This document shows, one piece after another, positions 35,877 to 44,675 of a stretch of DNA of 64,000 bases. Positions within the stretch are counted from its first letter, which is position 1, and every line of letters begins with the position of its first letter. A program made the translations under genes and the position numbers. The notes under the pieces are model-generated. The model was not told where the DNA came from. It did not search any database and saw only the letters and a list, made by a program, of their open reading frames with translations. The stretch lies in the IMG/VR virus record IMGVR_UViG_3300005613_000001, positions 310,001 through 374,000 of that record; one strand, given 5' to 3'.

Positions 35877-36597
35877 CTTCTGCTAGTTTCCATCCTCCCT
35901 GGTTAGCAAGGAATTCTCCAAAGGTTTCAGGAGGATCATATCCACCCCGATAACCCCGAGGCAATCTAGAGTTATAGCCGTATGGACGATATTTTAATCG
36001 TTCCAACACTGCCTCTAAATCTAATTTTTCCCATTCCTTAAATCTTCCAAAGTTAGCTTTCAGTGCGGAAGTACATTCTCCTCCGGTATAATCAGTTGAC
36101 CGGAATTGTGTTTGCCAAAAAGCTTTTACAAAGCCTTGAACTGTGTAGTCATTCCGGGGCACAGGCACACAAACATTGTATTGCTCGGGGAAAACATTGG
36201 GTATCGGTGGATACCAAATTTCGGTCTTTGTACTTGTGATGGGCTCTTTTGCAAAAAAGCAATAGAATCCAACACCATCCTTAGCAAATATCATGTAAGG
36301 AAATTGAAGTGTGAAAAAATTACCGCAAACATTAATGGTTCTACGGACAGGCGGATATTCTCTTATCTCGCCTTGCATTTGCAACGCTCTAGCCTCTGCA
36401 AGTCTCTTTTGTCGCTGAGTGGCTAGTTTCCGATTGGGCTTCTTCCCTTCTCTTGTAGCCAAAGTACGAAATTCACTTTGCGGCTTTATTACGATACCTT
36501 CTTTATAGGTATCAATAAACTCATGCAATGATTCTAACATCGCAAGAGTTTTCTCATATTCTGCTTGAATATCAGGGCTAGCAAAGTTCAGATTCAT
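35863..36597 (-). CDS. Prokaryotic E2 family D-like protein
   Basis: YPPVRRTI, LQFPYMIF, PPIPNVF..VC, FWQTQF, EWE. Confidence 0.6.
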   Translation of the reverse strand: MNLNFASPDIQAEYEKTLAMLESLHEFIDTYKEGIVIKPQSEFRTLATREGKKPNRKLATQRQKRLAEARALQMQGEIREYPPVRRTINVCGNFFTLQFPYMIFAKDGVGFYCFFAKEPITSTKTEIWYPPIPNVFPEQYNVCVPVPRNDYTVQGFVKAFWQTQFRSTDYTGGECTSALKANFGRFKEWEKLDLEAVLERLKYRPYGYNSRLPRGYRGGYDPPETFGEFLANQGGWKLAEDVAE

Positions 36598-36599
36598 TC

Positions 36600-37085
36600 T
36601 TATCCCTTGTAATCGTAAACATAAACTGGAATGTCTTCATCACAAAGAATCTCTTGAATAAGAGGTTCAATTGACTCCCATTTTCCGCCCGCGAGACCTG
36701 TTCCTATTCGGGGCATATGGATACTGGCGTACAATTCCTTTGCTTGCACCCCTAGCTTTTTCAGGCATTCCTCTACAGCACTATACCTTATGGGGGGTCT
36801 TCCATTCCCCCCTGTGCGCATACCGTGTTGCCCCACCATGTTAGCTATGTGAATATACTTCTCAACTTGGATTATTTGGAGAGCACCCAGTCCAAAATCG
36901 TTTTTTGCCCTATTTCTATGCCATTTCCTGTATTCTGCTTCCGGTTCCGACCATCGTTTTGATATTGCCAAAACGAAGCCCTTTCCCCATCCTCCCAAAT
37001 CATTACAAATGTGTGCAATAATCTTTACCCCACTTGTTTGGGGGCAAGTAGCATCCCCTTGGATGTACGTAATCTTAGTAGGCAT
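36600..37085 (-). CDS. Macrodomain ADP-ribosylhydrolase-like protein
   Basis: YIQGDAT, AHICND.GGWGKGF, ANMVGQ, MPRIGTGLAGGKW. Confidence 0.9.
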   Translation of the reverse strand: MPTKITYIQGDATCPQTSGVKIIAHICNDLGGWGKGFVLAISKRWSEPEAEYRKWHRNRAKNDFGLGALQIIQVEKYIHIANMVGQHGMRTGGNGRPPIRYSAVEECLKKLGVQAKELYASIHMPRIGTGLAGGKWESIEPLIQEILCDEDIPVYVYDYKG

Positions 37086-37105
37086 AGTATCTCCCTCCAA
37101 TAACC

Positions 37106-37133
37106 ATTATACCACAATAATGAGCAATGTAAA
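37106..37133 (-). promoter_or_regulatory. Strong sigma70-type early promoter
   Basis: TTTACA-N16-TATAAT with TGTGG extended -10; GGAGG SD follows. Confidence 0.8.
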
Positions 37134-37250
37134 AAAAATACCCCTCCTGGGCATACTACCCAAGAAGGGTATAGGTCATGCACGAAAAGCGAGGTTTTTC
37201 GTGCCTTCACAACACGTACATCAAGGAGTTATAAAGATTAATCGGACTGA

Positions 37251-37997
37251 TTAATCAAAGATTTGCAATTGGTATTTAGGGGAGATGAATACATTATCCC
37301 CAAATTCCATACGGAACCACACATCGTAAATTCCGCAATCCAATTCTTCCGTATCAAGCTGATAATAGCCTAATGTTTGTTCTCTCAATTCAACCAATTC
37401 TTCTTCGGCAACCAATCTTAGATCAGCTTCCGCTGGCATGCAATCTCCGCATCGTTGTCTAATTGTAATCCTCAAAGGGGATGAAATTGCAACACTCTTA
37501 TAATACCTGTCCAAATCAGAGGCATGAGGTACATTGGGAGTTACTTTGATTATGAGATATTGCTTCGCACCTTGTGGTATCTTATTTGGCATGAAAGAGA
37601 AGCTAAAATCATACACAAACGGTACAGGAGTGGTTATCCACAAGTCCCGAACAATCTCAAAATCTTGCTCAATAGAAGCTGTTTGACATTGGTTTTCTTC
37701 ATAATCTTCAAATGACATGTACCAAATGTCAACATATTTTCCTACACAATAAAGAGTATCCTCTAATACAACATTTAAAAAATAATGGCCTTCGGCGTTA
37801 CGCTGAACAGCGTCACCATCAAATTCTTCTACTTTGGTTCGCAAATCCACATCCATAGGATTTGACTCATCCAACCGCCAGATTTCCACCCTATCAATAG
37901 AATGCACATTGCTAAATTGATGATTATTCATCACTAACATTCGCAATTTAGCTTTATCACCTACATTGGGGTTTTGATAGCGTTCCTTTGTTGCCAT
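37251..37997 (-). CDS. Putative virion structural protein
   Basis: Beta-rich ORF co-oriented with baseplate genes; TAAATA upstream. Confidence 0.6.
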   Translation of the reverse strand: MATKERYQNPNVGDKAKLRMLVMNNHQFSNVHSIDRVEIWRLDESNPMDVDLRTKVEEFDGDAVQRNAEGHYFLNVVLEDTLYCVGKYVDIWYMSFEDYEENQCQTASIEQDFEIVRDLWITTPVPFVYDFSFSFMPNKIPQGAKQYLIIKVTPNVPHASDLDRYYKSVAISSPLRITIRQRCGDCMPAEADLRLVAEEELVELREQTLGYYQLDTEELDCGIYDVWFRMEFGDNVFISPKYQLQIFD

Positions 37998-38015
37998 ATT
38001 ATATTTACCTTTTAA

Positions 38016-38219
38016 TTATGACTTTTTCCGTTCCTTTTCAATTGCTTTCGCCTCTTTTTCTTTTTGGTCAATGAATTCGTGGATAAAGTATTTTCGTTGG
38101 AACACTGGAATGCTCAATATTTCGTGGTATCCTCCTAGCCCTGGCATGTGGTAGGCTAGGAAGAATAGCTCTTGGAACCACGCTTTAAAAAATTGAGCAC
38201 TACTTAGCTCCCAATTCAC
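38016..38219 (-). CDS. Small baseplate-hub-associated protein
   Basis: Follows the gp26-like gene, as in T4-like phages. Confidence 0.45.
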   Translation of the reverse strand: MNWELSSAQFFKAWFQELFFLAYHMPGLGGYHEILSIPVFQRKYFIHEFIDQKEKEAKAIEKERKKS

Positions 38220-39301
38220 TCTTCCTGATTCGTCTTGGACCGTGGGAAGAAAAAACCCGCTTCTAATGGCAAATCAAGGCTGAATTCATTCGTGCATGCT
38301 GGGCAAAAACAATCTACATTAGTATCCACACCGAAAGGAGGCTCACTTGCTAAATTCCGCAAATAGGCAACATCTTCTACGGGCAATCTCTTTAGTAGAA
38401 CTTGTAATTCATCATTATCAGTAATAGTTTCAATGTTATTCAACAGTAAAGCTGTTCTGAATGTAAGTGTATTATCTGCGGCTTGATCTCCAAATCTTCT
38501 AAGTCGCCTTTCGCGGTATTCATTTACAGCTAAATCATCTGCACCAGTAGCCAACCTATAGCTAAATTGGTATCCCGATTTGGGAAGAGTTCCACTTAAT
38601 TTGGCTGTTGTGAAAGAATCTGGGCAATAATCCACATTCATATGGTCTAAATCAATAGTAGTTTGGAATTTAGTTTCACACCCAAATCTAGGACATTCAA
38701 CTTCAACCTCATATTTTGTTGAATATGAGATACCCCGTAGCCAGATTAATAAATAAGTTCTATCAACTGTCAAAAGGTTATAAGTGTTACAATGTTCTTG
38801 AATACAAGCATTGAAGATCATATCCATTGCTTCATTTCTTTTAATATGTCTAGGTGTGGCTAGAATTTCTTCTTCCGCACCCGTCATAGGACGCACATGC
38901 AAAGTTCCACCCTTTAATGCCTCATCTTCATAAAATCTTCCGCGAGATGGCAAGTTAATAGGTTCATAATTTACATGTAGCCCCTCTAAGAGCTTCTGTA
39001 AGTCTGACGTGTTAGCCATTGACGCCCCTAAATTTGGAGCCGGTTTAAATTGCTGTTCTTTGGGGTTAACCGGAGCAGGCGGCGGTTCATCGGGCGTAGG
39101 GGATATGTTAGGCGGTCCAGCTTGCGGAGCCGAAGGTTTAGCTTGCTGTTGCTGCTTTTCTTTTTGTTTTTGTGCTAATACTTTCTTAAACTCTTCTGGC
39201 ACATTACCTTGCACTTCAATACCACCGTCTGACATAAGCGGTCCTTTTACCGGACCCTTTGGGGGTTTAAATTCTGATTGTCGATATGTTTCATCTGGCA
39301 T
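38216..39301 (-). CDS. Baseplate hub assembly protein (gp26-like)
   Basis: LPSRGRFY, VRPMTGAEEEIL, LRGISY, CP..C, CPAC. Confidence 0.75.
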   Translation of the reverse strand: MPDETYRQSEFKPPKGPVKGPLMSDGGIEVQGNVPEEFKKVLAQKQKEKQQQQAKPSAPQAGPPNISPTPDEPPPAPVNPKEQQFKPAPNLGASMANTSDLQKLLEGLHVNYEPINLPSRGRFYEDEALKGGTLHVRPMTGAEEEILATPRHIKRNEAMDMIFNACIQEHCNTYNLLTVDRTYLLIWLRGISYSTKYEVEVECPRFGCETKFQTTIDLDHMNVDYCPDSFTTAKLSGTLPKSGYQFSYRLATGADDLAVNEYRERRLRRFGDQAADNTLTFRTALLLNNIETITDNDELQVLLKRLPVEDVAYLRNLASEPPFGVDTNVDCFCPACTNEFSLDLPLEAGFFFPRSKTNQEE

Positions 39302-39344
39302 AAAATTATCTCCTAAATTGATGACGCCTTATTTTAATATTAGT

Positions 39345-39710
39345 ATGTTGGGTTTAAATATAACAAATATTGAGGAGCTAATCTTTCATGATCAAAAAGT
39401 CCGTACTTTGCTCCCCGAGTTCCAAAATCTCTTTCAGCAATGGCAATTTGCTAAAATACACGATCTTAGATCAGTTCGGCAGCAATGTGTGCTCAGCTTT
39501 TTAAATTCTGCTAATGACAATCACATGGCTGTTCTTAAGGGGTATTTTAAATGTGAAGTTACTCTAACTAAAATTAACAATCAAATAGTAAAGAATGAAA
39601 CAATCCCAATTTCTGATTTAGAAAATGTGCTGCGTGATATGGAAGGGGAGTATCAAGACTTTGCAGCATACAGAGACAAGGATCAGATTTATATATCCTT
39701 TTGGAGATGA
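39345..39710 (+). CDS. Hypothetical protein
   Basis: Start reset to MLGLNIT; the upstream part of the track ORF is antisense to the gp26-like gene. Confidence 0.6.
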   Translation: MLGLNITNIEELIFHDQKVRTLLPEFQNLFQQWQFAKIHDLRSVRQQCVLSFLNSANDNHMAVLKGYFKCEVTLTKINNQIVKNETIPISDLENVLRDMEGEYQDFAAYRDKDQIYISFWR

Positions 39711-40057
39711 AAATGACAGATATTTTATTATTCGCGTTTGCGGTAATCGGACTTACACATATTATTGTGGACAGCAGAATATTTGAATCTCCAAGAGAAT
39801 GGATTAAAAGCCGAGATGCATGGATATTTAAAAAAGCAACAGAAGCCATAGAATGCTACCAATGTAGTGGTTTTTGGTGCGGTCTTTTTTGTGGACTTAT
39901 TTTTGTATCGCCCGCCTCTATATTTGTAAGCATACTATGGGTGTTCTTATCAGGCTGTGCGGGCAGTTTTTTAGCACAATGGGGTGCTAACTATCTGCAA
40001 TATCTAGAATCTCAAATATCTATTGATCTTAATATGGAAGAAGACGATGAGCATTAA
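39707..40057 (+). CDS. DUF1360-like membrane protein
   Basis: TM helices plus CYQCSGFW. Confidence 0.65.
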   Translation: MKMTDILLFAFAVIGLTHIIVDSRIFESPREWIKSRDAWIFKKATEAIECYQCSGFWCGLFCGLIFVSPASIFVSILWVFLSGCAGSFLAQWGANYLQYLESQISIDLNMEEDDEH

Positions 40058-40376
40058 AACATACTTGCTTTACTGTGAAATATGTGGGTACAAGAGAATC
40101 ACTGATGGTTCTGATGCTACTGATTTAGTGGAAGTAAAAACGAGCCCATTATTCACAGGGGCTCCTAAACTTGATTCTATTACCAAAAAAGTCTTCGTTC
40201 CCAAAGCCAAACCCCAAAGAAAAAGATTCAAGTGCCCCAAGTGTGGTCGTATTGTTTTCCCACGACAAATTAATAAAACCTTACCCGTATCAGAGGAATT
40301 AGATGAAGAAAGTAACGCTCTTGGAGATCAAGGAGGCGATGAGGGACAGTCGCTTTCGGAAGAGTCTTCCGCCTGA
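40047..40376 (+). CDS. Zinc-ribbon protein
   Basis: CEICG ... CPKCG. Confidence 0.65.
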   Translation: MSIKTYLLYCEICGYKRITDGSDATDLVEVKTSPLFTGAPKLDSITKKVFVPKAKPQRKRFKCPKCGRIVFPRQINKTLPVSEELDEESNALGDQGGDEGQSLSEESSA

Positions 40377-40680
40377 ATTACAAGATGATGTAAAAAAATA
40401 TCTCAAGAATCCCAAATGTAAATGCAATCTACCAATATATCTGCGGGTTATGAAAGAGTGTAGAAAGCAAATTAAAGCATATTTTCCGGGGCGGGCAATT
40501 GAAAACCCAGATGAAGAAATAAACAAAATGGCCCAGAACAATTGGACTGTAATCAATTGCAAAATACAAGACTTACAAAAACGGTTAAAGCAATTACCTA
40601 GCGGGCGCAAGCAAATTGCCATTACTAGATATGAAGATGAAGTTACTGTAATAGTTAATGAACTTGATATTTCGTTCTAA
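40303..40680 (+). CDS. Hypothetical protein
   Basis: 125 aa ORF. Confidence 0.65.
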   Translation: MKKVTLLEIKEAMRDSRFRKSLPPELQDDVKKYLKNPKCKCNLPIYLRVMKECRKQIKAYFPGRAIENPDEEINKMAQNNWTVINCKIQDLQKRLKQLPSGRKQIAITRYEDEVTVIVNELDISF

Positions 40681-41324
40681 TTATTTTCATTATTTTCATA
40701 TCTTTTTATAAATTGGCAATTCATGCAGAGAATTTGAAACCCAGGTGGAAAATTATTTCTTTTTATCCATCTATAAATTTCATCCCCTTTCATTCGTTCG
40801 CCTTTTTTATTTTTATGTTTACAACCATCTCCTTCAATGTGGTCAATGCTAAGAGCCCTTATATCAGAATAATTGCATTTTACACACTGCATTGATCCAT
40901 TTGAATAATAAGAAAAAACAGACAACTTGTTTTTCATTTTAGAGCGATAAATTGCACTTTGCATATACTCTGGGTTGTTTTGACGGCGACGTGCAGAATT
41001 TTTCCTTTCATATTCTTTTTTGCACATAACACAATATCGTGTATTTTTATATCTGTTTTTATCAATTAAAACCTTATTACATAAACAACATTTATTTTTA
41101 CAATCATTACACAACGCATGTTTATTGCGTCCTGTTATCCCACTTAGAGATTGACCACATATGGTACACTTTTTGCGATTGTTAATTGTTTTTTCGAGAT
41201 CTTTAGTCTCATAAAGATGTGGCCTTCCAATAATTCTAGAAAGAATACCTTTTTTAACCCAAGACTCAATTGTTGCTCTAGATATATTGTATTTTTGAGA
41301 CGCTTGTTTAGCTGTAATCTTCAT
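40677..41324 (-). CDS. Putative free-standing homing endonuclease (HTH + Zn finger + HNH-like)
   Basis: MerR-like N-terminus; CVKC..LSIDHI..FQILCMNC. Confidence 0.7.
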   Translation of the reverse strand: MKITAKQASQKYNISRATIESWVKKGILSRIIGRPHLYETKDLEKTINNRKKCTICGQSLSGITGRNKHALCNDCKNKCCLCNKVLIDKNRYKNTRYCVMCKKEYERKNSARRRQNNPEYMQSAIYRSKMKNKLSVFSYYSNGSMQCVKCNYSDIRALSIDHIEGDGCKHKNKKGERMKGDEIYRWIKRNNFPPGFQILCMNCQFIKRYENNENN

Positions 41325-41347
41325 ATATTTAAACAAACAATTTACCA

Positions 41348-42277
41348 TCAACGAATTAGATGCTGCTTACTAACAATGCCCATGTGACGGGTATTATTGA
41401 TGATTTCCTCACAGCTTGCTCTCATTTTTGCTGGATATGCCTTATATTTGTTAATTTCCATCGGCCAATCATCTGATTGTAGTCTATTTTGCCCTAAGAT
41501 TAAGGCATTTTCATAAAATGATGCCGCCTTTTTGTATTTCTTGAGTAGGTGGTAATATACGTCACCAAGAAGACACCAAAACTCAGCCATTAAAGGCTTT
41601 ACACTCAAACAAGACAGTAGATTCTTAATTGCTCGCTCTGCATCTTTTTTAACATAACAATGAACCATAGCGCAATAATACCTTGTCATTGTGACTGGCA
41701 TTTGTTTTTCTTTATCTCTAAACAAATACTGCTCTGCGGCACTTAAAAATTCATTGTGTTTCTTCTGCGATAAAAGTACGCACGCCTCATAATAATAGGG
41801 CTCTGGCGATGTTGGGAATTGTGCTTTCCATTCTTTGATATACTCTAGAGCATCAGGATCAGTGGATGTAGTGGCGTATATGATGACATTTAAATCTTTA
41901 GCTTCGTTGTCAATAAGGCATTCAAAAATAGGATTGGAGAACTTTAATTCTCGCTCTATGTGCCACAATCTTATCTGTTTGGTAATAATATCACCCTGAA
42001 ATATAGGGAGGCGGTAAGATTCGGGAGTCCCGTTTATCGCCTCTAATACATCTTGTGCTCCATAGGCAAGTGTTTCTCCTGAATTTAAGTACATTTGCCA
42101 CTTTGCTTGTGTTATTAGCCCATTGCGAAACTCGCTTCTATCTCTATATTCACGCTCTGCGATATTACCAACGACTACCTCAACTCGCTCATCTGACTCC
42201 AATGATTTAAGCGAATCCAGGGTCTTTTGAGAGTCGTCTTTACAATTGCTTATTATTTGGATTGTTAGATTTTTCAT
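41348..42277 (-). CDS. Glycosyltransferase-like/TPR protein
   Basis: Degenerate GT2 N-terminus (RNGL, IRLW); helical repeats PEPYYY, AEFWCLLGDVYY. Confidence 0.55.
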   Translation of the reverse strand: MKNLTIQIISNCKDDSQKTLDSLKSLESDERVEVVVGNIAEREYRDRSEFRNGLITQAKWQMYLNSGETLAYGAQDVLEAINGTPESYRLPIFQGDIITKQIRLWHIERELKFSNPIFECLIDNEAKDLNVIIYATTSTDPDALEYIKEWKAQFPTSPEPYYYEACVLLSQKKHNEFLSAAEQYLFRDKEKQMPVTMTRYYCAMVHCYVKKDAERAIKNLLSCLSVKPLMAEFWCLLGDVYYHLLKKYKKAASFYENALILGQNRLQSDDWPMEINKYKAYPAKMRASCEEIINNTRHMGIVSKQHLIR

Positions 42278-42416
42278 TTATAATCTCTATTAATTTTACC
42301 AAAGCCTGGGCTTCATTGTCCATTTGGACAGATTGGTAATGTGACGCGAGACTTTTATAGGGGTTAGGATTAAGCGGGTTTTCCAATATTTCTAAAAAAG
42401 TTTTATAAAGGTCCAT
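42240..42416 (-). CDS. Small TPR-like protein
   Basis: ILENPLNPNPYKSLASHY. Confidence 0.45.
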   Translation of the reverse strand: MDLYKTFLEILENPLNPNPYKSLASHYQSVQMDNEAQALVKLIEIINEKSNNPNNKQL

Positions 42417-42482
42417 AAAATTAATGGAGTAAAACAGTATATAATATATAAATAGCCCTTTTTGTATCTTAATCGGAGGATT

Positions 42483-43085
42483 ATGGCAGCTAACGAATAC
42501 TTGAACAATAAGTTCTTTGAAAGTGTGATTGTTAAATTTCAAACTTCAAAGCGTGAAAAAACAATGCGAGAGTTTATTTTAGAAGATTTGAAAGAAGCGC
42601 AAGAAAGGCGAATGAAACGGAATAGAAATAAAAAAAGAGGCGACCAACTAAGAGAATTGCTTGAAAGAAATGATGAAAGATACAAAGAGGTGTGTGAAAA
42701 ATTCCACGAATCACAAGACGACTTGGCAATACTTTTTTATACGCTAAGTGAAAAAATAGTCCAATATGCTAAGTTCCAATTTATAGATGAAGACGACGCT
42801 GTGCAAGAGGGGGTTGTGATTTGTTTTGAAAAGGTGGATAGATTTGATCCTGAATATGTTGGCAAGAATGGGCAGAAAGCCAAAGCCTTTAACTATATGA
42901 CAACCTGTATTTTAAATCACTTTCGGCAACTATATCGCACTGCTAGAAACTACCAGGAACTAAAGAGAAAATATCTCGATTACCTACAAACTGAATTAGA
43001 AAAGATTGTTATACATAATGGAAAAATCAACCCAAATACTACAAAAACAATACCTGTAGAGAATAGTAGATCAAGATACGAATGA
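42483..43085 (+). CDS. Late-transcription sigma factor (gp55-like)
   Basis: DDAVQEG..CFEKVDRFDPE..KAFNYMTTCILNHF sigma region 2; GGAGG SD. Confidence 0.75.
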   Translation: MAANEYLNNKFFESVIVKFQTSKREKTMREFILEDLKEAQERRMKRNRNKKRGDQLRELLERNDERYKEVCEKFHESQDDLAILFYTLSEKIVQYAKFQFIDEDDAVQEGVVICFEKVDRFDPEYVGKNGQKAKAFNYMTTCILNHFRQLYRTARNYQELKRKYLDYLQTELEKIVIHNGKINPNTTKTIPVENSRSRYE

Positions 43086-43086
43086 C

Positions 43087-43115
43087 TTGCGCCATCTGTT
43101 TATATTGTGTATAAT
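43087..43115 (+). promoter_or_regulatory. sigma70-type promoter
   Basis: TTGCGC-N17-TATAAT. Confidence 0.6.
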
Positions 43116-43140
43116 AACCCCGGAGAGGTAATTTAATTAT

Positions 43141-43377
43141 ATGTTTATTACAAGAAACAGCTTAAATGATATTGAGGAGCGAGAGTTAATTCAAAAATTA
43201 ATTGATAATGGATTCGGTGATATGGTCCTGGCTCTTTTGGAAAATGAAAATAAAGTCTATACCAAAAAAGGAAGACTCAATAAAAGCGGGGCATGTAGAG
43301 TGTTGGGGTGGAAAACCAAAGAGCTTGAAGATAAATTAGAAGAATGCCGAAAACTACTTAAAGAAGATGTAGAATAA
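43141..43377 (+). CDS. Small hypothetical protein, possible HTH
   Basis: GRLNKSGACRVLGWKTKEL. Confidence 0.65.
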   Translation: MFITRNSLNDIEERELIQKLIDNGFGDMVLALLENENKVYTKKGRLNKSGACRVLGWKTKELEDKLEECRKLLKEDVE

Positions 43378-43390
43378 ACGAGGCGGGGTA

Positions 43391-43954
43391 TTAGCTATAA
43401 TCGGCTGATCCACCGATCATGGTGTATGCTCGATCAAACCTTAAAGTAACTTGGCAAGTTACCACTTCGGAATTGCCCATATCTAATTCCCCCCAATCTG
43501 TTGTCAAAGGCCAACAGTTTTCTAATCTCCACCTTTCAATTACATCCCCACATCCACTTAAAATGCTTAAGTTGCCTTGACGTTTAAAACTATCGGCTCC
43601 GCCTGCCCGCGAAGCTCCACCGGAAACAATTGGCCTAAATTGCATACCGCCACCGGCATTGAGATCATAGACTTCACGAATCCATTGGAATACAGGGTGG
43701 TTACCACTGCGGAAGCAGTAGTCATAGAGTGTTAGCTGAAGAGGTTTCCAATCGGGCTTTCCTGGGAAATAGACATTTTCTACAGCATGTTGAGCTTCAA
43801 TTTCTTTCCATGTTAATTGTGGTCGGCCTCCTTTTTGTGGAGGTAAGACATCAACTCCATTATCATAATCATCTATGATACTATCGATAGAGAATGTCCA
43901 TCGAAATTTCCGTTTGAAGGTTACATCAATTAGACCGCCAATTCCCATCTGCAT
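43391..43954 (-). CDS. gp19: Tail tube protein (gp19-like), paralog 2
   Basis: RKFRW, YFPGKPDW, WRLENCWP..D.G.LD..TLRFD. Confidence 0.85.
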   Translation of the reverse strand: MQMGIGGLIDVTFKRKFRWTFSIDSIIDDYDNGVDVLPPQKGGRPQLTWKEIEAQHAVENVYFPGKPDWKPLQLTLYDYCFRSGNHPVFQWIREVYDLNAGGGMQFRPIVSGGASRAGGADSFKRQGNLSILSGCGDVIERWRLENCWPLTTDWGELDMGNSEVVTCQVTLRFDRAYTMIGGSADYS

Positions 43955-44033
43955 CGCACATACTCCTAAATATAAACAAATGGACTCCCGCTTTAAACGA
44001 GAGCCCTTTTGTTTATTTTAATTCTTGTTAGCA

Positions 44034-44657
44034 TTAGCTTCCAAGTAGTGCTTGACCGAAGGACGTTACACCCCCACCACAGGCCGTGCAGCCACATGGT
44101 CCGAATGTACCTTCGCAAGACGTATATTGAACATCAGAATATCTAAGTGTTAATTCCACTGTAGCTTCTTCTGAACTCGCATAGTCAAGGTCTCCAAAGT
44201 TGATAGCTTGCGGCCATGCATCCCACAATCGCCATGTTTCCATCGCTACGCCGCAACCATCATACATTTTAAGGGTTGCTTGTCCCGCATAGTCTTGGAC
44301 GGCTGCCCCCATGTTAAGTTGGCCTCGGATACCACCACCCTCTAGTCGGAAGTCATATACGGATGATAACCACGAATATAGTGCCATAATGCCGGGCTGT
44401 GATCCACTACCCGCAGCATTTACCACGTCGTAATACTGTACCGTAATTTGTTCCCAGGAGGCTTTACCGGGTATCCACGTTTTGGCGTTTTTAACATTTA
44501 TTTCGGTTTCTTCAATCGAAATATTAGGACGAGCAGCAATCTTGACGAAATGTTCAGGAATTGAATCTCCGCAGAAATCAACTCTAAAACCCCATCTAAA
44601 CTTTCTCTTAAAGATTACATTGGGTTGTCCCAAGTCACCTAAACCCATTTCAGCCAT
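44034..44657 (-). CDS. gp19: Tail tube protein (gp19-like), paralog 1
   Basis: RKFRW, IPGKASWE, WRLWDAWP..INFGDLDY..LTLRY. Confidence 0.88.
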   Translation of the reverse strand: MAEMGLGDLGQPNVIFKRKFRWGFRVDFCGDSIPEHFVKIAARPNISIEETEINVKNAKTWIPGKASWEQITVQYYDVVNAAGSGSQPGIMALYSWLSSVYDFRLEGGGIRGQLNMGAAVQDYAGQATLKMYDGCGVAMETWRLWDAWPQAINFGDLDYASSEEATVELTLRYSDVQYTSCEGTFGPCGCTACGGGVTSFGQALLGS

Positions 44658-44675
44658 ATCATACCTCTCTAATTT

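Noticed and set aside
43391-44657. Tandem tail tube paralogs as a novelty
   Set aside because: Multiple gp19-like genes are common in large T4-like phages.
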